Below, piece after piece: positions 30,927 through 41,875 of a DNA stretch of 64,000 nucleotides. The position numbers and the translations under genes were made by a program. Origin of the DNA: Bacillales bacterium (GTDB lineage: Bacteria; Bacillota; Bacilli; JARBTR01); assembly GCA_029240105.1 (NCBI GenBank), contig JARBTR010000004.1:219190-283189 (forward strand), given 5' to 3'. Within the stretch, counting starts at the first letter, position 1, and each line of letters opens with the position of its first letter. The notes beneath the pieces are model-generated. The model searched no databases. It worked only from the letters and a program-made list of their open reading frames with translations, and had not been told where the DNA came from.

Positions 30927-33080
30927 TTAGGAATTCTCAGTTCGATTAGAGATATTCTCCTTACCCGTGTTGTTTAAGAATTCTGGAAGTGTTCCACTTC
31001 TAGCCATCTGTGCTAATGCAATCGAAAGGATTCCTTCAATAGCATTCACATTCGTACCTTCTGTTGCACCAATAACTGTTTGTGGTACAAGTGGATGACC
31101 GTTCGCTTTAACAGCCTCTGCAAAAGCTTCCATTACACTCTTGTATACTTGTAATTCTGGGCCACCATATGCTTCAACTAGAGCTTGTGCAGCATTACCT
31201 TTTGCAACACCGAGTTTTGTTTCTCTTTCAGATTCAGCATCTGCAACAACTTTAATATTTTCAGCTTGGGCGCGTCCTATGACTTCAAGTTTATGTGATT
31301 CTGCATCAGCGGAAAGCTTGGTTTGTTCAGCAGCCGCTTCTGCAGAGGCAATTTTTGTATACTTCTCAGCATCCGCTTCATTATGTTTTTTAATCTTATC
31401 TGCTTCAGATAATTTCTGAATTCGTAAAGCCTCTTGTTCAGCAAGTTTTAGTTTTGCTCTACCATCATTATCAGCAATAGAAATTTCAACAGAAGATTGA
31501 GTTAATTTTGCTTGCATTTCCGCCAATGCTTGCGCTTCGTTGAGTTCCTTCTGCTTTTGGGCTGACAATTGTTTGGCTTCATTTGTCAAGATTTCTTCTT
31601 TTGCTACTTCTCGATCACGTAACTGTGCAAGTATTTTTTCAATTCGTTGATCATTAGACGATGCTGCTGGAGTTCCAATTAATACTTCTTGCAACTCTAA
31701 GTCATACGTTTTAAATTTTTCCTTCATTTCAAAAGAAGCAATTCGTTGGATTTCACTTCGATCTTGGACTAATTCTATAAGAGTCTTTGTTTGACCAATG
31801 TTTTTAAAGTATCCAGCTACCATTGGGTCGATTGATTGCTCAATTAGTAACTTAATATCCCCAAAGCGTTGAATCACAGAACTAGCCTTACGGTAATCTA
31901 TATTGAATACTACTGTTAATGGTAAGTTTGGTTCAAATGCGTCTTTTGTTATAAGGCTAATTTCACGCAACGCATCATCAAGTTTATGTGCTCCACTTTG
32001 TCCACTAATCCATTTTAAAATGACATTAGTAGTTGGTACCACTTTAATAAGTCCAGCATAAGTGTTAAACGGATATTTTCCTGGAGGAAGTGCATCCCTC
32101 CAAATGCCACGGCTACCTTGTTCCACTAGTTCTCCGTGTGTGTATTCGGTACCAGATACGTCAGTTCCCTTTTCACCGAAGTAGCTTACCACTACTCCTA
32201 CATTCCCAATATCAATCGTCGTTTTATTTTCGATTAACACGTTCGCAAACAATCGATTAATAAAATAGATTCCATCTGTCAAAACTTGTAGTTGCTTCCC
32301 TTTTCGACCACCAGCTAACAGAAACTTTTCAGGGTCTTGGAAGTTGTTATGATAAAATTCGTCATTTACATCATTACCAACGACAGGAGCAATAATAGCA
32401 GCGTTGTCTGGGGTTGGACCATCATTTACTGTAACAATCCCAATTGTGTCAATTGCCATCGAATTGGGATTCCCATACGCAGAACCAGCACCAACGACAA
32501 CCGGATAAAACCCACCTATCTTGCTCAGATCATTTCTCATGTTTTCCACTTGTGTGTATTCATCTTTAGTAGAAGAAATCTGATGTACTTTGTCTAGTGT
32601 AATGATAATAAACTGACTTAAGTTTATTGCAAATGTTCCTTCCCGAAGTATCTGTCTTTGAGGCCCTTTCTGGCCACCATTATCTAAGAAAGCTCTTACA
32701 TCTTGGAAAGATTTTGAATCAACCAATTTACCAAGTGCCTGCCCGTTTTCCAATTGACTTCCAGAACGGGCGAACACATATCCAATTTGTCCCTGAGGTA
32801 TTGTCACAAGTTTTACTTTTGTTACTTTATAAAGTAATGGTGTTCTAAGATGAACACCTGCTCTTAATACATCAGGCTGAAAACCAGCTTCACCGTTCAT
32901 GGCAATTAAACCATCAGCTTGCACGGACCCTTTTGGACTCCACCATTTTTCAACAAGACCTACATCGTCAGGTGAGATGCTTACAAAACCAATTAGTTTA
33001 ATTAAGGCGAATAACCCCATTAAACCTCCTACTATCCAAACTATTGTCGTTACTAAAGTTGTCGAAACAACCATATTCAA
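30927..33080 (-). CDS. flotillin-family SPFH/band-7 protein, long form (717 aa)
   Basis: N-terminal TM, SPFH domain, long Ala/Glu/Lys-rich coiled coil (EA repeats). Confidence 0.75.
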   Translation of the reverse strand: MNMVVSTTLVTTIVWIVGGLMGLFALIKLIGFVSISPDDVGLVEKWWSPKGSVQADGLIAMNGEAGFQPDVLRAGVHLRTPLLYKVTKVKLVTIPQGQIGYVFARSGSQLENGQALGKLVDSKSFQDVRAFLDNGGQKGPQRQILREGTFAINLSQFIIITLDKVHQISSTKDEYTQVENMRNDLSKIGGFYPVVVGAGSAYGNPNSMAIDTIGIVTVNDGPTPDNAAIIAPVVGNDVNDEFYHNNFQDPEKFLLAGGRKGKQLQVLTDGIYFINRLFANVLIENKTTIDIGNVGVVVSYFGEKGTDVSGTEYTHGELVEQGSRGIWRDALPPGKYPFNTYAGLIKVVPTTNVILKWISGQSGAHKLDDALREISLITKDAFEPNLPLTVVFNIDYRKASSVIQRFGDIKLLIEQSIDPMVAGYFKNIGQTKTLIELVQDRSEIQRIASFEMKEKFKTYDLELQEVLIGTPAASSNDQRIEKILAQLRDREVAKEEILTNEAKQLSAQKQKELNEAQALAEMQAKLTQSSVEISIADNDGRAKLKLAEQEALRIQKLSEADKIKKHNEADAEKYTKIASAEAAAEQTKLSADAESHKLEVIGRAQAENIKVVADAESERETKLGVAKGNAAQALVEAYGGPELQVYKSVMEAFAEAVKANGHPLVPQTVIGATEGTNVNAIEGILSIALAQMARSGTLPEFLNNTGKENISNRTENS

Positions 33081-33372
33081 TTCTCCCCTTACCCATTTTA
33101 AGTTGTTTTAATTTACATACTTAATCGGTTACTAATTTAGCTGCCTACGTTTTCATAGTGTTGGTCCTTTGCTTTTAGTTTTCCCACTAATGTAGTGGTG
33201 TTTTAAACCGCATATTTACTAAGGAGCTAATGATAAAAAGTTTTTTAATCCTAAAAGTAAACTGTGATTTTGTTATATGATGGGAGAAATACTTTTAATC
33301 CTTTTATATTTATTCAATTAATTAAAGTTCCTTGAAAGTTATGAATTAAGTTTAAATAGATATGAATTTTCA

Positions 33373-33406
33373 TAAAAAAAAGCCTGGTCCTATAAGTACC
33401 AAGCTT
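33373..33406 (-). terminator. terminator after deacetylase gene
   Basis: minus strand aagcttggtacttataggaccaggctt + tttttttt. Confidence 0.7.
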
Positions 33407-33472
33407 GTAATTATACTAATTTCCTAATTTTTATAAGCCTTTATATTTAGCATTTCATCAAGTTTTTGAAAT

Positions 33473-34339
33473 TTATAACCTTTTTCTTTTAATTTTTTTA
33501 TAATTTCTTCTAACGCTACAACAGTTACAGCTTTTAACTACATTGCTTACAACATTTTGCTTGTTATTGGGGTTTGCCCAATCTAAGGTGTCTATTGACC
33601 AAATAACCGTTGTATATCCATTTTCATTTAAAGTTTTCATTACATTACTGTTTACCTCTCCATACGGTGGTCTAGTAATTGCTGGTCTTTTACCTATGGT
33701 CTGTTCAATAACATTATCCGTCAAAGTAAGTTCATTGACTAAATCAGAAGTTTTAAGATCGGTATACTGTGGATGGGAATAGCTATGCCCGAGTATAAGA
33801 TTTCCATCTTGGTTAGCTTCTTTTACAACATTAGGAAAATTTTTTATGTTATTTCCAATCATAAAGAAAGTTGCTTGGATTTTGTTATCTCGTAGGATTT
33901 TCAAAATCTTTTTAGTGTTTTTGATGTCTGGACCATCATCAAAAGTCAAAGCAACAGTGTTACCTTTACTAGTCGGCCCGTTAATATAAATATTCTGATA
34001 AACATTATTTCTAACTTTATTAACGATGGATTCCCGTCCCTTTTCCATCTTCTCTCTCTGTTTACTTTGTAAATTCGAAAGACTTCCCTTAATGTCGTAA
34101 ACAACATTAACTTGAATTGTTGAACGGATAGCTAATAGATTTGGATATATACTTTTGTTATCACTATTTTTGCTAACTTCTTCATTTGGAGTTTTGTTTA
34201 AAAAATTTGTACTGTGATTAACTACAGACTCCCTTTCGTTTTCATTACTTTTTGATATTATGAGCCCAATAATTGTAACTGTAATGATAATGAATAAGGA
34301 CACTTTTATAAGTAATTTACTATTATTCATTTTAAACAT
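33473..34339 (-). CDS. polysaccharide deacetylase (NodB homology domain) family protein
   Basis: TFDDGPD, ..HSYSHP.. NodB motifs; N-terminal TM anchor. Confidence 0.75.
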   Translation of the reverse strand: MFKMNNSKLLIKVSLFIIITVTIIGLIISKSNENERESVVNHSTNFLNKTPNEEVSKNSDNKSIYPNLLAIRSTIQVNVVYDIKGSLSNLQSKQREKMEKGRESIVNKVRNNVYQNIYINGPTSKGNTVALTFDDGPDIKNTKKILKILRDNKIQATFFMIGNNIKNFPNVVKEANQDGNLILGHSYSHPQYTDLKTSDLVNELTLTDNVIEQTIGKRPAITRPPYGEVNSNVMKTLNENGYTTVIWSIDTLDWANPNNKQNVVSNVVKSCNCCSVRRNYKKIKRKRL

Positions 34340-34362
34340 TACCTCCGACTAAAATATCTCTA

Positions 34363-36618
34363 CTACCACTTATCCAAGAGAAAAACATCCTCAGATTTCC
34401 CTAAAAAATATAAACGATGCAGTGCTCTCGTCATAACAACATAAAGTAACTTTAACTCTAACTCATTTTGGGAACGAAAACTTTCTTCATGCGAAAATGC
34501 AATGACCACATCAAATTCAAGCCCTTTTGCAAGATAAGACGGAACGACCAATATTTTTCCCAATGGGATTGACGTTTTTTCTTCTAATAGAAAAACATCT
34601 AAATCAGTATATTCTTTTAAACCCTTTAATGCTGATCTACAGTCTTTCATCGTTTTACAAATCACTGCGAAAGAATGATAACCATTTCCCTTTTCTTTAT
34701 CCACAATCTTTCGAATATTTTCAGCAAATTCCTCCAGAGATTGAATCGTATTAAAAGTTGGTTTATCCCCATGTCTAACCACTGGTTCGACTTCAGAAAA
34801 TTGATGTGGCAATAGTTTTAAAATCTGCTTTGCCAGTTCCATTATTTCGATCGTTGTACGATAACTTTTTTTTAATTCTCTAAAGGTCGCACGTGGGAAT
34901 ATCCATTGGAGTATCTCTTGCCAGTTCGTAATGCTTTTATAGGAATGAATACCTTGTGAAAGGTCACCAACAAGAGTGAACATGTCCGTATCAAATGCCG
35001 TTTGGAGCGATTGAAGTTGCATAAAACTATAATCTTGCACTTCATCAATAACGACATTTTTCACTTTGTAATCTTCATTAAGACCATTCAGTTTTGCATG
35101 CAAATAAAAAATTGCTGGAAGATCTTCGGATATATAAGACCTTTTAGCAAGCTTTAATTGAGATTGTGATAACAAATCATTTATTTCACTTTCGTTAAAA
35201 AGTCCGTTTGCTAATGTATTTAGTAACTCTGGTTGCCTAAAAAGTTCATCATAATAATCAAATACATCCTTCTTTTGAAATTGTTTCATATAGTTTGGAA
35301 CAGCTATTCTAAACGATTTATGTAATTCTTCTAAACGTTCTTGTTTTTTTGCAATCCCAGTTTCGATAAATAATTTTCGTTGTTCTGAATCTCTTTTTGT
35401 AAAAAAAGCTCTGTCTAACTTTTGATCATAAAACCCTTCTACTTTTAATTTCATTTCCTGTTTACGAATTTTGACTGTATTTTGCAGGATTGATTTGCAC
35501 TTATCTAACCTTTTAAAAAAAGGTAAATACCAATATTCATTTTGGAGCAAATGATTGAACTTTTTGTATGAATAAAGTTTAAATTTATCAACAAAGAAGT
35601 CCTCCTTTGCCTCAAACGTTTTATAGATATGTTGAAGATAACGATCTAAAAGAATTTGAAAGTTCCTCGAACCTTTTAATCTCACAATTCCTATTAATTT
35701 GGAGCCTTTACCTTCCAAAATTTCAATTAGGTGATTCGATTGAACAAGTTTTAAATTTTTTCCTAATACTTTTAGGACAAAATCATCATAGGTTTCTTGA
35801 CGGATTTTGTCAGCACCCATCTCTGGTAGTGCTTCTGAAATGTATTCTAAAAACAGTTTGCTCGGTGCTAATATCAACATTTTCCTTGGATCAAATTGTT
35901 CTCTATAATGATAAAGAAAATAGGATATTCGGTGTAGTGCAATGGTCGTTTTACCACTTCCCGCGGCACCCTGAACGATAATCGGTTTATTTAGATCAGC
36001 ACGAATAATTTGATTCTGTTCTTCTTGGATTGTAGCGATGATTTCAGTTAATCTGCTGGTTGAACTCCTTGAGAGGGAATCTTGCAACAGCTCATCTGTT
36101 GTTGTGATATCAATATCCCTTATCTCATTTATTTCACCATTTTGAATCATAATTTGCCGTTTTAGTGTAATGTCTCCATCGTAGCTTTCCCCTTCTGATT
36201 TATAAGACACTTTACCAAGACGTCCTTCATAATAAAGGTTAGCAATTGGAGCACGCCAATCAATGATTATTTGCTCTTGATTATCTCGTTGAAACAGTGA
36301 TGTTTTACCAAAATATAGTTTCTCCGTTTGGTACCCATTACTTGGTAAGAAATCTACTCTTGCGAAATATGGATTCGGATAAGCTTTTGTTAAACCTTCC
36401 AGTTCGCTTTTGGACAACTGATAGAAATTTGCACTTGTCAAAAGTTGTGAGTACTCCGTGTTTTCCGCCCAATCTTGTCCTCTAAATACTTCTTTCATTT
36501 TTTGAAGGAACGCTTCTTTGGAGGATTGTGCAGTGTCAATTACAACATTCATATATTTTCTCGTAAAATCTAGTCTTTCCTGCTCAGATTGAAAATCAGG
36601 ATGTTTATCTTTTGACAT
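34363..36618 (-). CDS. helD: UvrD-like helicase HelD (RNA polymerase-associated helicase IV family)
   Basis: 751 aa; HelD-type N-terminal domain (..ARVDF...IIDWRAPIANLYY..) and Walker A QGAAGSGKTTIALHRISY. Confidence 0.75.
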   Translation of the reverse strand: MSKDKHPDFQSEQERLDFTRKYMNVVIDTAQSSKEAFLQKMKEVFRGQDWAENTEYSQLLTSANFYQLSKSELEGLTKAYPNPYFARVDFLPSNGYQTEKLYFGKTSLFQRDNQEQIIIDWRAPIANLYYEGRLGKVSYKSEGESYDGDITLKRQIMIQNGEINEIRDIDITTTDELLQDSLSRSSTSRLTEIIATIQEEQNQIIRADLNKPIIVQGAAGSGKTTIALHRISYFLYHYREQFDPRKMLILAPSKLFLEYISEALPEMGADKIRQETYDDFVLKVLGKNLKLVQSNHLIEILEGKGSKLIGIVRLKGSRNFQILLDRYLQHIYKTFEAKEDFFVDKFKLYSYKKFNHLLQNEYWYLPFFKRLDKCKSILQNTVKIRKQEMKLKVEGFYDQKLDRAFFTKRDSEQRKLFIETGIAKKQERLEELHKSFRIAVPNYMKQFQKKDVFDYYDELFRQPELLNTLANGLFNESEINDLLSQSQLKLAKRSYISEDLPAIFYLHAKLNGLNEDYKVKNVVIDEVQDYSFMQLQSLQTAFDTDMFTLVGDLSQGIHSYKSITNWQEILQWIFPRATFRELKKSYRTTIEIMELAKQILKLLPHQFSEVEPVVRHGDKPTFNTIQSLEEFAENIRKIVDKEKGNGYHSFAVICKTMKDCRSALKGLKEYTDLDVFLLEEKTSIPLGKILVVPSYLAKGLEFDVVIAFSHEESFRSQNELELKLLYVVMTRALHRLYFLGKSEDVFLLDKW

Positions 36619-36854
36619 GTTATTTCAACCTCCTTAAATGCATTTACTCTCCTAATTTTAATAATTGTCTATGCTTGTTTTTTTAGATTCTACATTCGCA
36701 AATTAAGTCTAATGATCATCTACTGCTCCAATAAATATTTTGATTTTTTCAACTTATTAAGAGTTTTATCCATTTTCCAACTATTAAAATTATCATAATG
36801 TATATCGTTTTACTTTGAGTTTCAATTTTATTATATAAAATACATCCTAATAAA

Positions 36855-36893
36855 GGAAAAACCACATGTTTTTATAAAACAAGTGGGTTTTTT
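36855..36893 (-). terminator. terminator after amino-acid permease gene
   Basis: aaaaccacatgtttttataaaacaagtgggtttttt palindromic hairpin with U-runs both sides. Confidence 0.6.
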
Positions 36894-36968
36894 GCATCAT
36901 TTTATTTTCATTAATCTCTTTATCCATTTAATCTTATTTTAAAGAATAGATAACAGAAACAATTCCTG

Positions 36969-38423
36969 TCATTCTTTTTCTTTCTTCTTCACATTTTCGG
37001 CTAATTCCTCAGATAATTCGAAGGCTAGGTTTGGTCGATGTACTTTAAGAGGCCCTCTCTGATCAATTGGACGGACCACTTTCCGGCGAAGACGAAGCCC
37101 TACGGCTAAATAGATGAGTGAATAGAATATGACCATAATTACCCCTGAAATAAGACCTGTTACCTGTCCTGGTATAAACGGCATACAGAGCAAAACAATA
37201 ATCATGCTTATTAAAGCAATCCAGGAAGTATAGGGAAAACCTGGCATCTGACAAAGTCCCTCCGGTGGGCAGCCAACTGTTTTACGGTGGCGGATATGAC
37301 TGGCCATGATAACAGCGTATGTCAAGATTAACGAGAATCCTCCTGTACTGATTAAAACCAAATAAACTCTCGGAAACAAAAGACCAAAGCCTAATCCTAC
37401 CAGCATTGCAAAACCGGAAAACAAAATTCCCCGATATGGGACATCCCCTTTATCCTTCAATAATCTTGGTGCATGACCCTCTTCCGTAAGAGACCGAATC
37501 ATTCTACCCAGCCCAAAAAGCGATGCCAACATCGCCGATAGGATAGCCGATATAAGGACAATATTAATGGCATTTCCTGCCCAGCCTATACCCCAGCGTT
37601 CAAGTGAAGCAACCATCGGGCTGACATTTTCGTTTAGCGAAGCTGTTGGAATAAGCGGTAACAACGCGAGAACATAAAGAACATAAAGACCGACAAGAGA
37701 AATCACCGTATACCGGATTGCCTTCGGAATAGTTTCTCGAGGGTTCTCCGCTTCCGTTGCGGCGAGTCCAATAATCTCGAAACCCGCATATGCAAAAATG
37801 ATCAGTAACATACTTCCAGCGATGCCCTTGAAACCTCCTGGCATTAGAGGCTCTTCCGACAGAGCGCCAACCCCAATCGGTGATGCTCCTGGAAGTAATC
37901 CAATAATTAATACGATGGCTGTAATGATGAAGAAAATAATGGCAAATATTTTAACCCCGGAAAGTGCACTCGCAAGCTTTCCAATTTTATCAGCACCTAA
38001 AAGGTTAAGCAGAGTAACGCCGATAATTATCCCTGTCCCCAACATTGCGATGGATACATTGGGGAACCATTCTCTGAACAATATGCTGATGGCGGTAGCT
38101 TCACTTGACATGGATAATACAATACCTGTCCAGTACAACCAGCCAACCACAAAACCTACACCCTTTCCAAGTTGCTGGGCTGCAAAGGTGCTAAATGACC
38201 CCATGGATGGATTGGCAACTGTCATTTCTGATAAAGCATATAAGATAAAGAATACTAGCACACCCGCCAAAATATATGATATTAAAATGGAAGGCCCCGC
38301 TGCTTGAATGGCTATTGACGACCCTAGAAAAAAGGAACCTCCTATCACACTTCCTAAGGCCATCATTGTTAACTGCCAAGCAGACAGTCCTTTGTTTTTT
38401 TTCTGCATACTCTTACTCCTCAA
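36969..38423 (-). CDS. APC-family amino acid permease
   Basis: 484 aa, 12 TM pattern typical of amino acid permeases. Confidence 0.8.
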   Translation of the reverse strand: MRSKSMQKKNKGLSAWQLTMMALGSVIGGSFFLGSSIAIQAAGPSILISYILAGVLVFFILYALSEMTVANPSMGSFSTFAAQQLGKGVGFVVGWLYWTGIVLSMSSEATAISILFREWFPNVSIAMLGTGIIIGVTLLNLLGADKIGKLASALSGVKIFAIIFFIITAIVLIIGLLPGASPIGVGALSEEPLMPGGFKGIAGSMLLIIFAYAGFEIIGLAATEAENPRETIPKAIRYTVISLVGLYVLYVLALLPLIPTASLNENVSPMVASLERWGIGWAGNAINIVLISAILSAMLASLFGLGRMIRSLTEEGHAPRLLKDKGDVPYRGILFSGFAMLVGLGFGLLFPRVYLVLISTGGFSLILTYAVIMASHIRHRKTVGCPPEGLCQMPGFPYTSWIALISMIIVLLCMPFIPGQVTGLISGVIMVIFYSLIYLAVGLRLRRKVVRPIDQRGPLKVHRPNLAFELSEELAENVKKKEKE

Positions 38424-38691
38424 AATAATTTATGAAATTATTATCTGCTTCTAATGGAAAAAGATTCTATAAGGAGAGACTTTAATTGGAGTAAGGATAC
38501 TTTGATTGTGTTTATAGGAAGGTACCTACTTAATATAGTTCGATTTCTAAACGATATGTATCTTGAATTAATGCCTTTTTCACCACGGGAATACCGCGCA
38601 TTTTCTCTAATTAACAACAAATAATTTATATATTGATTAAAAAATCAATAAATATCAACAACAAACTTTAACAGAGCCAAAAATAAAAAAA

Positions 38692-38754
38692 CTCTATTCC
38701 ATCGGAACAGAGCTTTCAATATTAAAATTCAAATTTATCCAAAATAATATTTCC
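38692..38754 (-). repeat. terminator-associated repeat, copy 1 (second copy at 52856..52915)
   Basis: CTCTATTCCATCgGAACaGAGCTT...TATTA...ATTATCCAAAATAA shared ~80% over ~60 bp with 52856..52915; each lies just 3' of a minus-strand gene and includes its terminator hairpin. Confidence 0.5.
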
Positions 38755-38885
38755 GAGATCCTGCATAATCATATGCGGGTCGAACTTCATTACGATACTT
38801 AAATTTCAAAGTGCGAAGGTTCGTTTTTTATAATAGAACTTCTCCTCGAAACGCACTACCACTATATTAGTCATACCACTATATA

Positions 38886-39266
38886 TTATTGGTAACTTTG
38901 ATCTCCATGGAACGATTTAACTAATTCGCCTTGGGCTAAGGACATTAACAAGATTGCTACCAATTCCTGCATGATTACAGTATGTTGGTTTTCTGTTTGT
39001 TGGTAATATTCTCTTAACTGTTTCTTAACATCTTTGACCCCAGTTAATTCAATAATGATATCAATATTAGTACCTAAATTAGCTAAGTCCATGAAGTCAT
39101 TTGTGGTACGGATACCTTTTTCTCTAGCATATACCATCCCTGGAGCATTGTTATCTAAATCTGCTATTCCAATTAAATTAACAAAATCCGATTCCGCCAA
39201 CTTCTTAAGCATTGGGGTTCCCGTCTGACCAGCTCCAATAATTCCAATATTAATTTTTTTGTCCAT
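38886..39266 (-). CDS. small NAD(P)-binding Rossmann-like domain protein (possibly truncated)
   Basis: 126 aa; GIIGAGQTG dinucleotide-binding motif; too short for a complete dehydrogenase. Confidence 0.4.
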   Translation of the reverse strand: MDKKINIGIIGAGQTGTPMLKKLAESDFVNLIGIADLDNNAPGMVYAREKGIRTTNDFMDLANLGTNIDIIIELTGVKDVKKQLREYYQQTENQHTVIMQELVAILLMSLAQGELVKSFHGDQSYQ

Positions 39267-39521
39267 ATCAATCTCTCCCTTTGTTATTTATTTTTAGTCG
39301 CATTTAAAATTTGGCTCTCAAGACAATTATGTAAGGCTTATGTAATAAAACCATTTATAAACAAAATATTGTCCATTTTTTAATTCTATCAAATTTTCTG
39401 AAAAATTTGTAACACTAAATTTAAAAGGCCGCTGACAAAGTCAACGGCCTGAAGCAGTTACAATCTATTTATTTGGTACCCTTCTACTAAAATAACAATT
39501 GTTACTCAAAGTTGCTTCTTT

Positions 39522-40568
39522 CTAATATGTTTGCATTACTGCTTTTGCAAATTGTTGCTGGTATTTAATTTCCAAAACTGGTACTTTTCGAATATAATTT
39601 TGAGTCTCGGAGATATATAAATAACTTGAGTTTTTCACCCTTGATGGCCCTGCATTATACGCTGCCAGTGCTAATTCAATGCTTCCAAATCGATTAAGCT
39701 GAAGTGCTAGATATTTTGTACCCCCGTCAATGTTCTGAACTGGGTCGAAAGGGTTTACTCCTAACTCTTTGGCTGTGCTAGGCATTAATTGCATTAATCC
39801 AATCGCACCTACTATACTTTTTGCATTCGGATTACCGCCAGACTCTTGCTCAATTACAGCAGCAATTAAAGCAGGATCAATTCCGTATTTGGACGAAGCG
39901 GCTAGAATTTCATTACCCCATCTCATTACCTTATCAGATGCATCGTATTCTAAAGTGACCGGTTTGTCTTCACGGACCTTGACAATCAATTGTTTGCCAT
40001 CTTCAGTAATAACAAAATCAACAAACACGTCTTTAAGAGCATTAATACCGTCGTTAAAGTTATTTTTAATGATATCCCAATCAGACATTACAATCTTTGT
40101 TTCTGCTACCTTGTCTTTCTCTATTGTTATACCATTTACTAAATTTCTTTTTTGGTAAACCTTTTTACTCATACTATCTAAGCTATTATAATGTGATTTA
40201 TTTTGAAACCTTATCGGTAAAACCAACAACTGAAAAGATAATTTTATATTATTCTTAAAAGCCAAGTATCTTTCCTTTTTTAAGGCTTTTGTAGCTGGGA
40301 TATCTACCTCTAAATAACCTTCAAACGGCGGTGGCTTCTGATAAGTATTGACTCCTTGATAAGCCAATTGGTTAATAACCCAGTTCTCCATTGGCTCCCA
40401 GTTACATTTCCCTAATAAGTAAATAAGCAGAGCAAAAATCCCAATAAATTTGAGGACTTTAAGAAAAAAAGGCCTAATCCAGCCCTTCAAAATAAGTTTT
40501 GTTTTTTTCTGAATTTCCAGAAAATATTCGTTCAAGAGTGATTCCTCGCTTACTTCAATAACAACCAT
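39522..40568 (-). CDS. membrane-anchored lytic transglycosylase (SLT domain)
   Basis: AAVIEQESGGNPNAKS..GAIGLMQLMP SLT catalytic motif; N-terminal TM helix. Confidence 0.7.
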   Translation of the reverse strand: MVVIEVSEESLLNEYFLEIQKKTKLILKGWIRPFFLKVLKFIGIFALLIYLLGKCNWEPMENWVINQLAYQGVNTYQKPPPFEGYLEVDIPATKALKKERYLAFKNNIKLSFQLLVLPIRFQNKSHYNSLDSMSKKVYQKRNLVNGITIEKDKVAETKIVMSDWDIIKNNFNDGINALKDVFVDFVITEDGKQLIVKVREDKPVTLEYDASDKVMRWGNEILAASSKYGIDPALIAAVIEQESGGNPNAKSIVGAIGLMQLMPSTAKELGVNPFDPVQNIDGGTKYLALQLNRFGSIELALAAYNAGPSRVKNSSYLYISETQNYIRKVPVLEIKYQQQFAKAVMQTY

Positions 40569-40788
40569 ATCTAATCGGTTATAAAAATATATTACTCAAT
40601 TAGAGAAAACGTTCTTTTTCACAATCGTTTTTCCAACTGGGTTTATTAAATAACCATTTCATTATACCATTTATTGAATTTCCATCTTACTAGTAAAATA
40701 ATAGAAAAAACGTACCCATAAGGTACGAATGAGTTACATTTCCTTCCAACAACCAAAAATAAACTTTATATATACATTTTTGCTTTCC

Positions 40789-41463
40789 CTATTTTATCTT
40801 GTCATTGTATTGTATAGATAAATGCACCCCGTCACAAAAAGGTTTATTTTCAGATTTACCACATCGACACAACGTATAGCGGTTTCGGGTTTCATAAGAT
40901 AGACCGTCTGCTGACTCAAGGGGTATGTTGCCGCGTACAAATAAACCTGCGCTACAGTCTTTCTCTTGATCTTGTGCGACAACAACTTCAGGTGTGTAAG
41001 CATACTCATATGGCTGGTTTAACTTTGTTAAAGCCGTTAGACGTCCAGCCGGGCAATCCACAGCCGCTGCTATAGCTTCTTGTTTTAAGGCATCAGTATC
41101 TGCTCGTCTCACCAACTCCCATGCTGTTCCGTGACGTTTGTGACAAAATCTTGCAATTGCGCATCGATAGTCATCTAATAAGTTTGTAAGATTCCCTGGC
41201 AAATACTCAGCTCTCTCCACATATGCATCTCGTGAAGCAGTTTCAGTTCCAACGAAGCCTAATTTCTTGTGTGTGCCATCACAATAAGGTGCATTCTTAG
41301 ATGCACCACAACGGCATAAATGGGTTTGCGTTTTAACCGGGAGCGACTTCCTATTTTTATAAACCATGACACCATTCTCATTAGCAATTAATTCTTCATT
41401 TAAAGGAATAGAGCCAATTAGTACATAAGGACCATTTTTTATAACCTTTATCTTCATAAACAA
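40789..41463 (-). CDS. CDGSH iron-sulfur domain protein (two CDGSH motifs)
   Basis: CRCGASKNAPYCDGTHKK and CRCGKSENKPFCDGVH : two mitoNEET-type CDGSH 2Fe-2S motifs. Confidence 0.75.
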   Translation of the reverse strand: MFMKIKVIKNGPYVLIGSIPLNEELIANENGVMVYKNRKSLPVKTQTHLCRCGASKNAPYCDGTHKKLGFVGTETASRDAYVERAEYLPGNLTNLLDDYRCAIARFCHKRHGTAWELVRRADTDALKQEAIAAAVDCPAGRLTALTKLNQPYEYAYTPEVVVAQDQEKDCSAGLFVRGNIPLESADGLSYETRNRYTLCRCGKSENKPFCDGVHLSIQYNDKIK

Positions 41464-41875
41464 CTCCTCCTCTAAAAATTGAATTTACAGTGTCCCTATT
41501 TTTGAGGCATGCATTCTATTTTTACTTATTCTTGATTTTTAAATAAGATTTTTAAATAAATATTCAACCAATCCATATTTAGCATATTAGTCATGAACAA
41601 CTCTTAGAATTGAGGGAATAAAAAAGCCTGGAGCTATGAACAAAATTCCTATTTTAAATCACTTAAATTTAGGAATCCTAGTTTAGCCCAGGCTTTACAT
41701 TTATTCAATTCAATTTAGCTTTACTTTAGTAATAACGCTACTACATCAGTATCCTTTGCCATCATACCCATTTGTGGGTTCAGCCTAGCCTTATGTTATA
41801 TGTTTATTTAAATGATTAAACACATAATTAAGTTTAAATCCCCTTTGATGTACTAGTTAGAGTTTTAAAGACATA

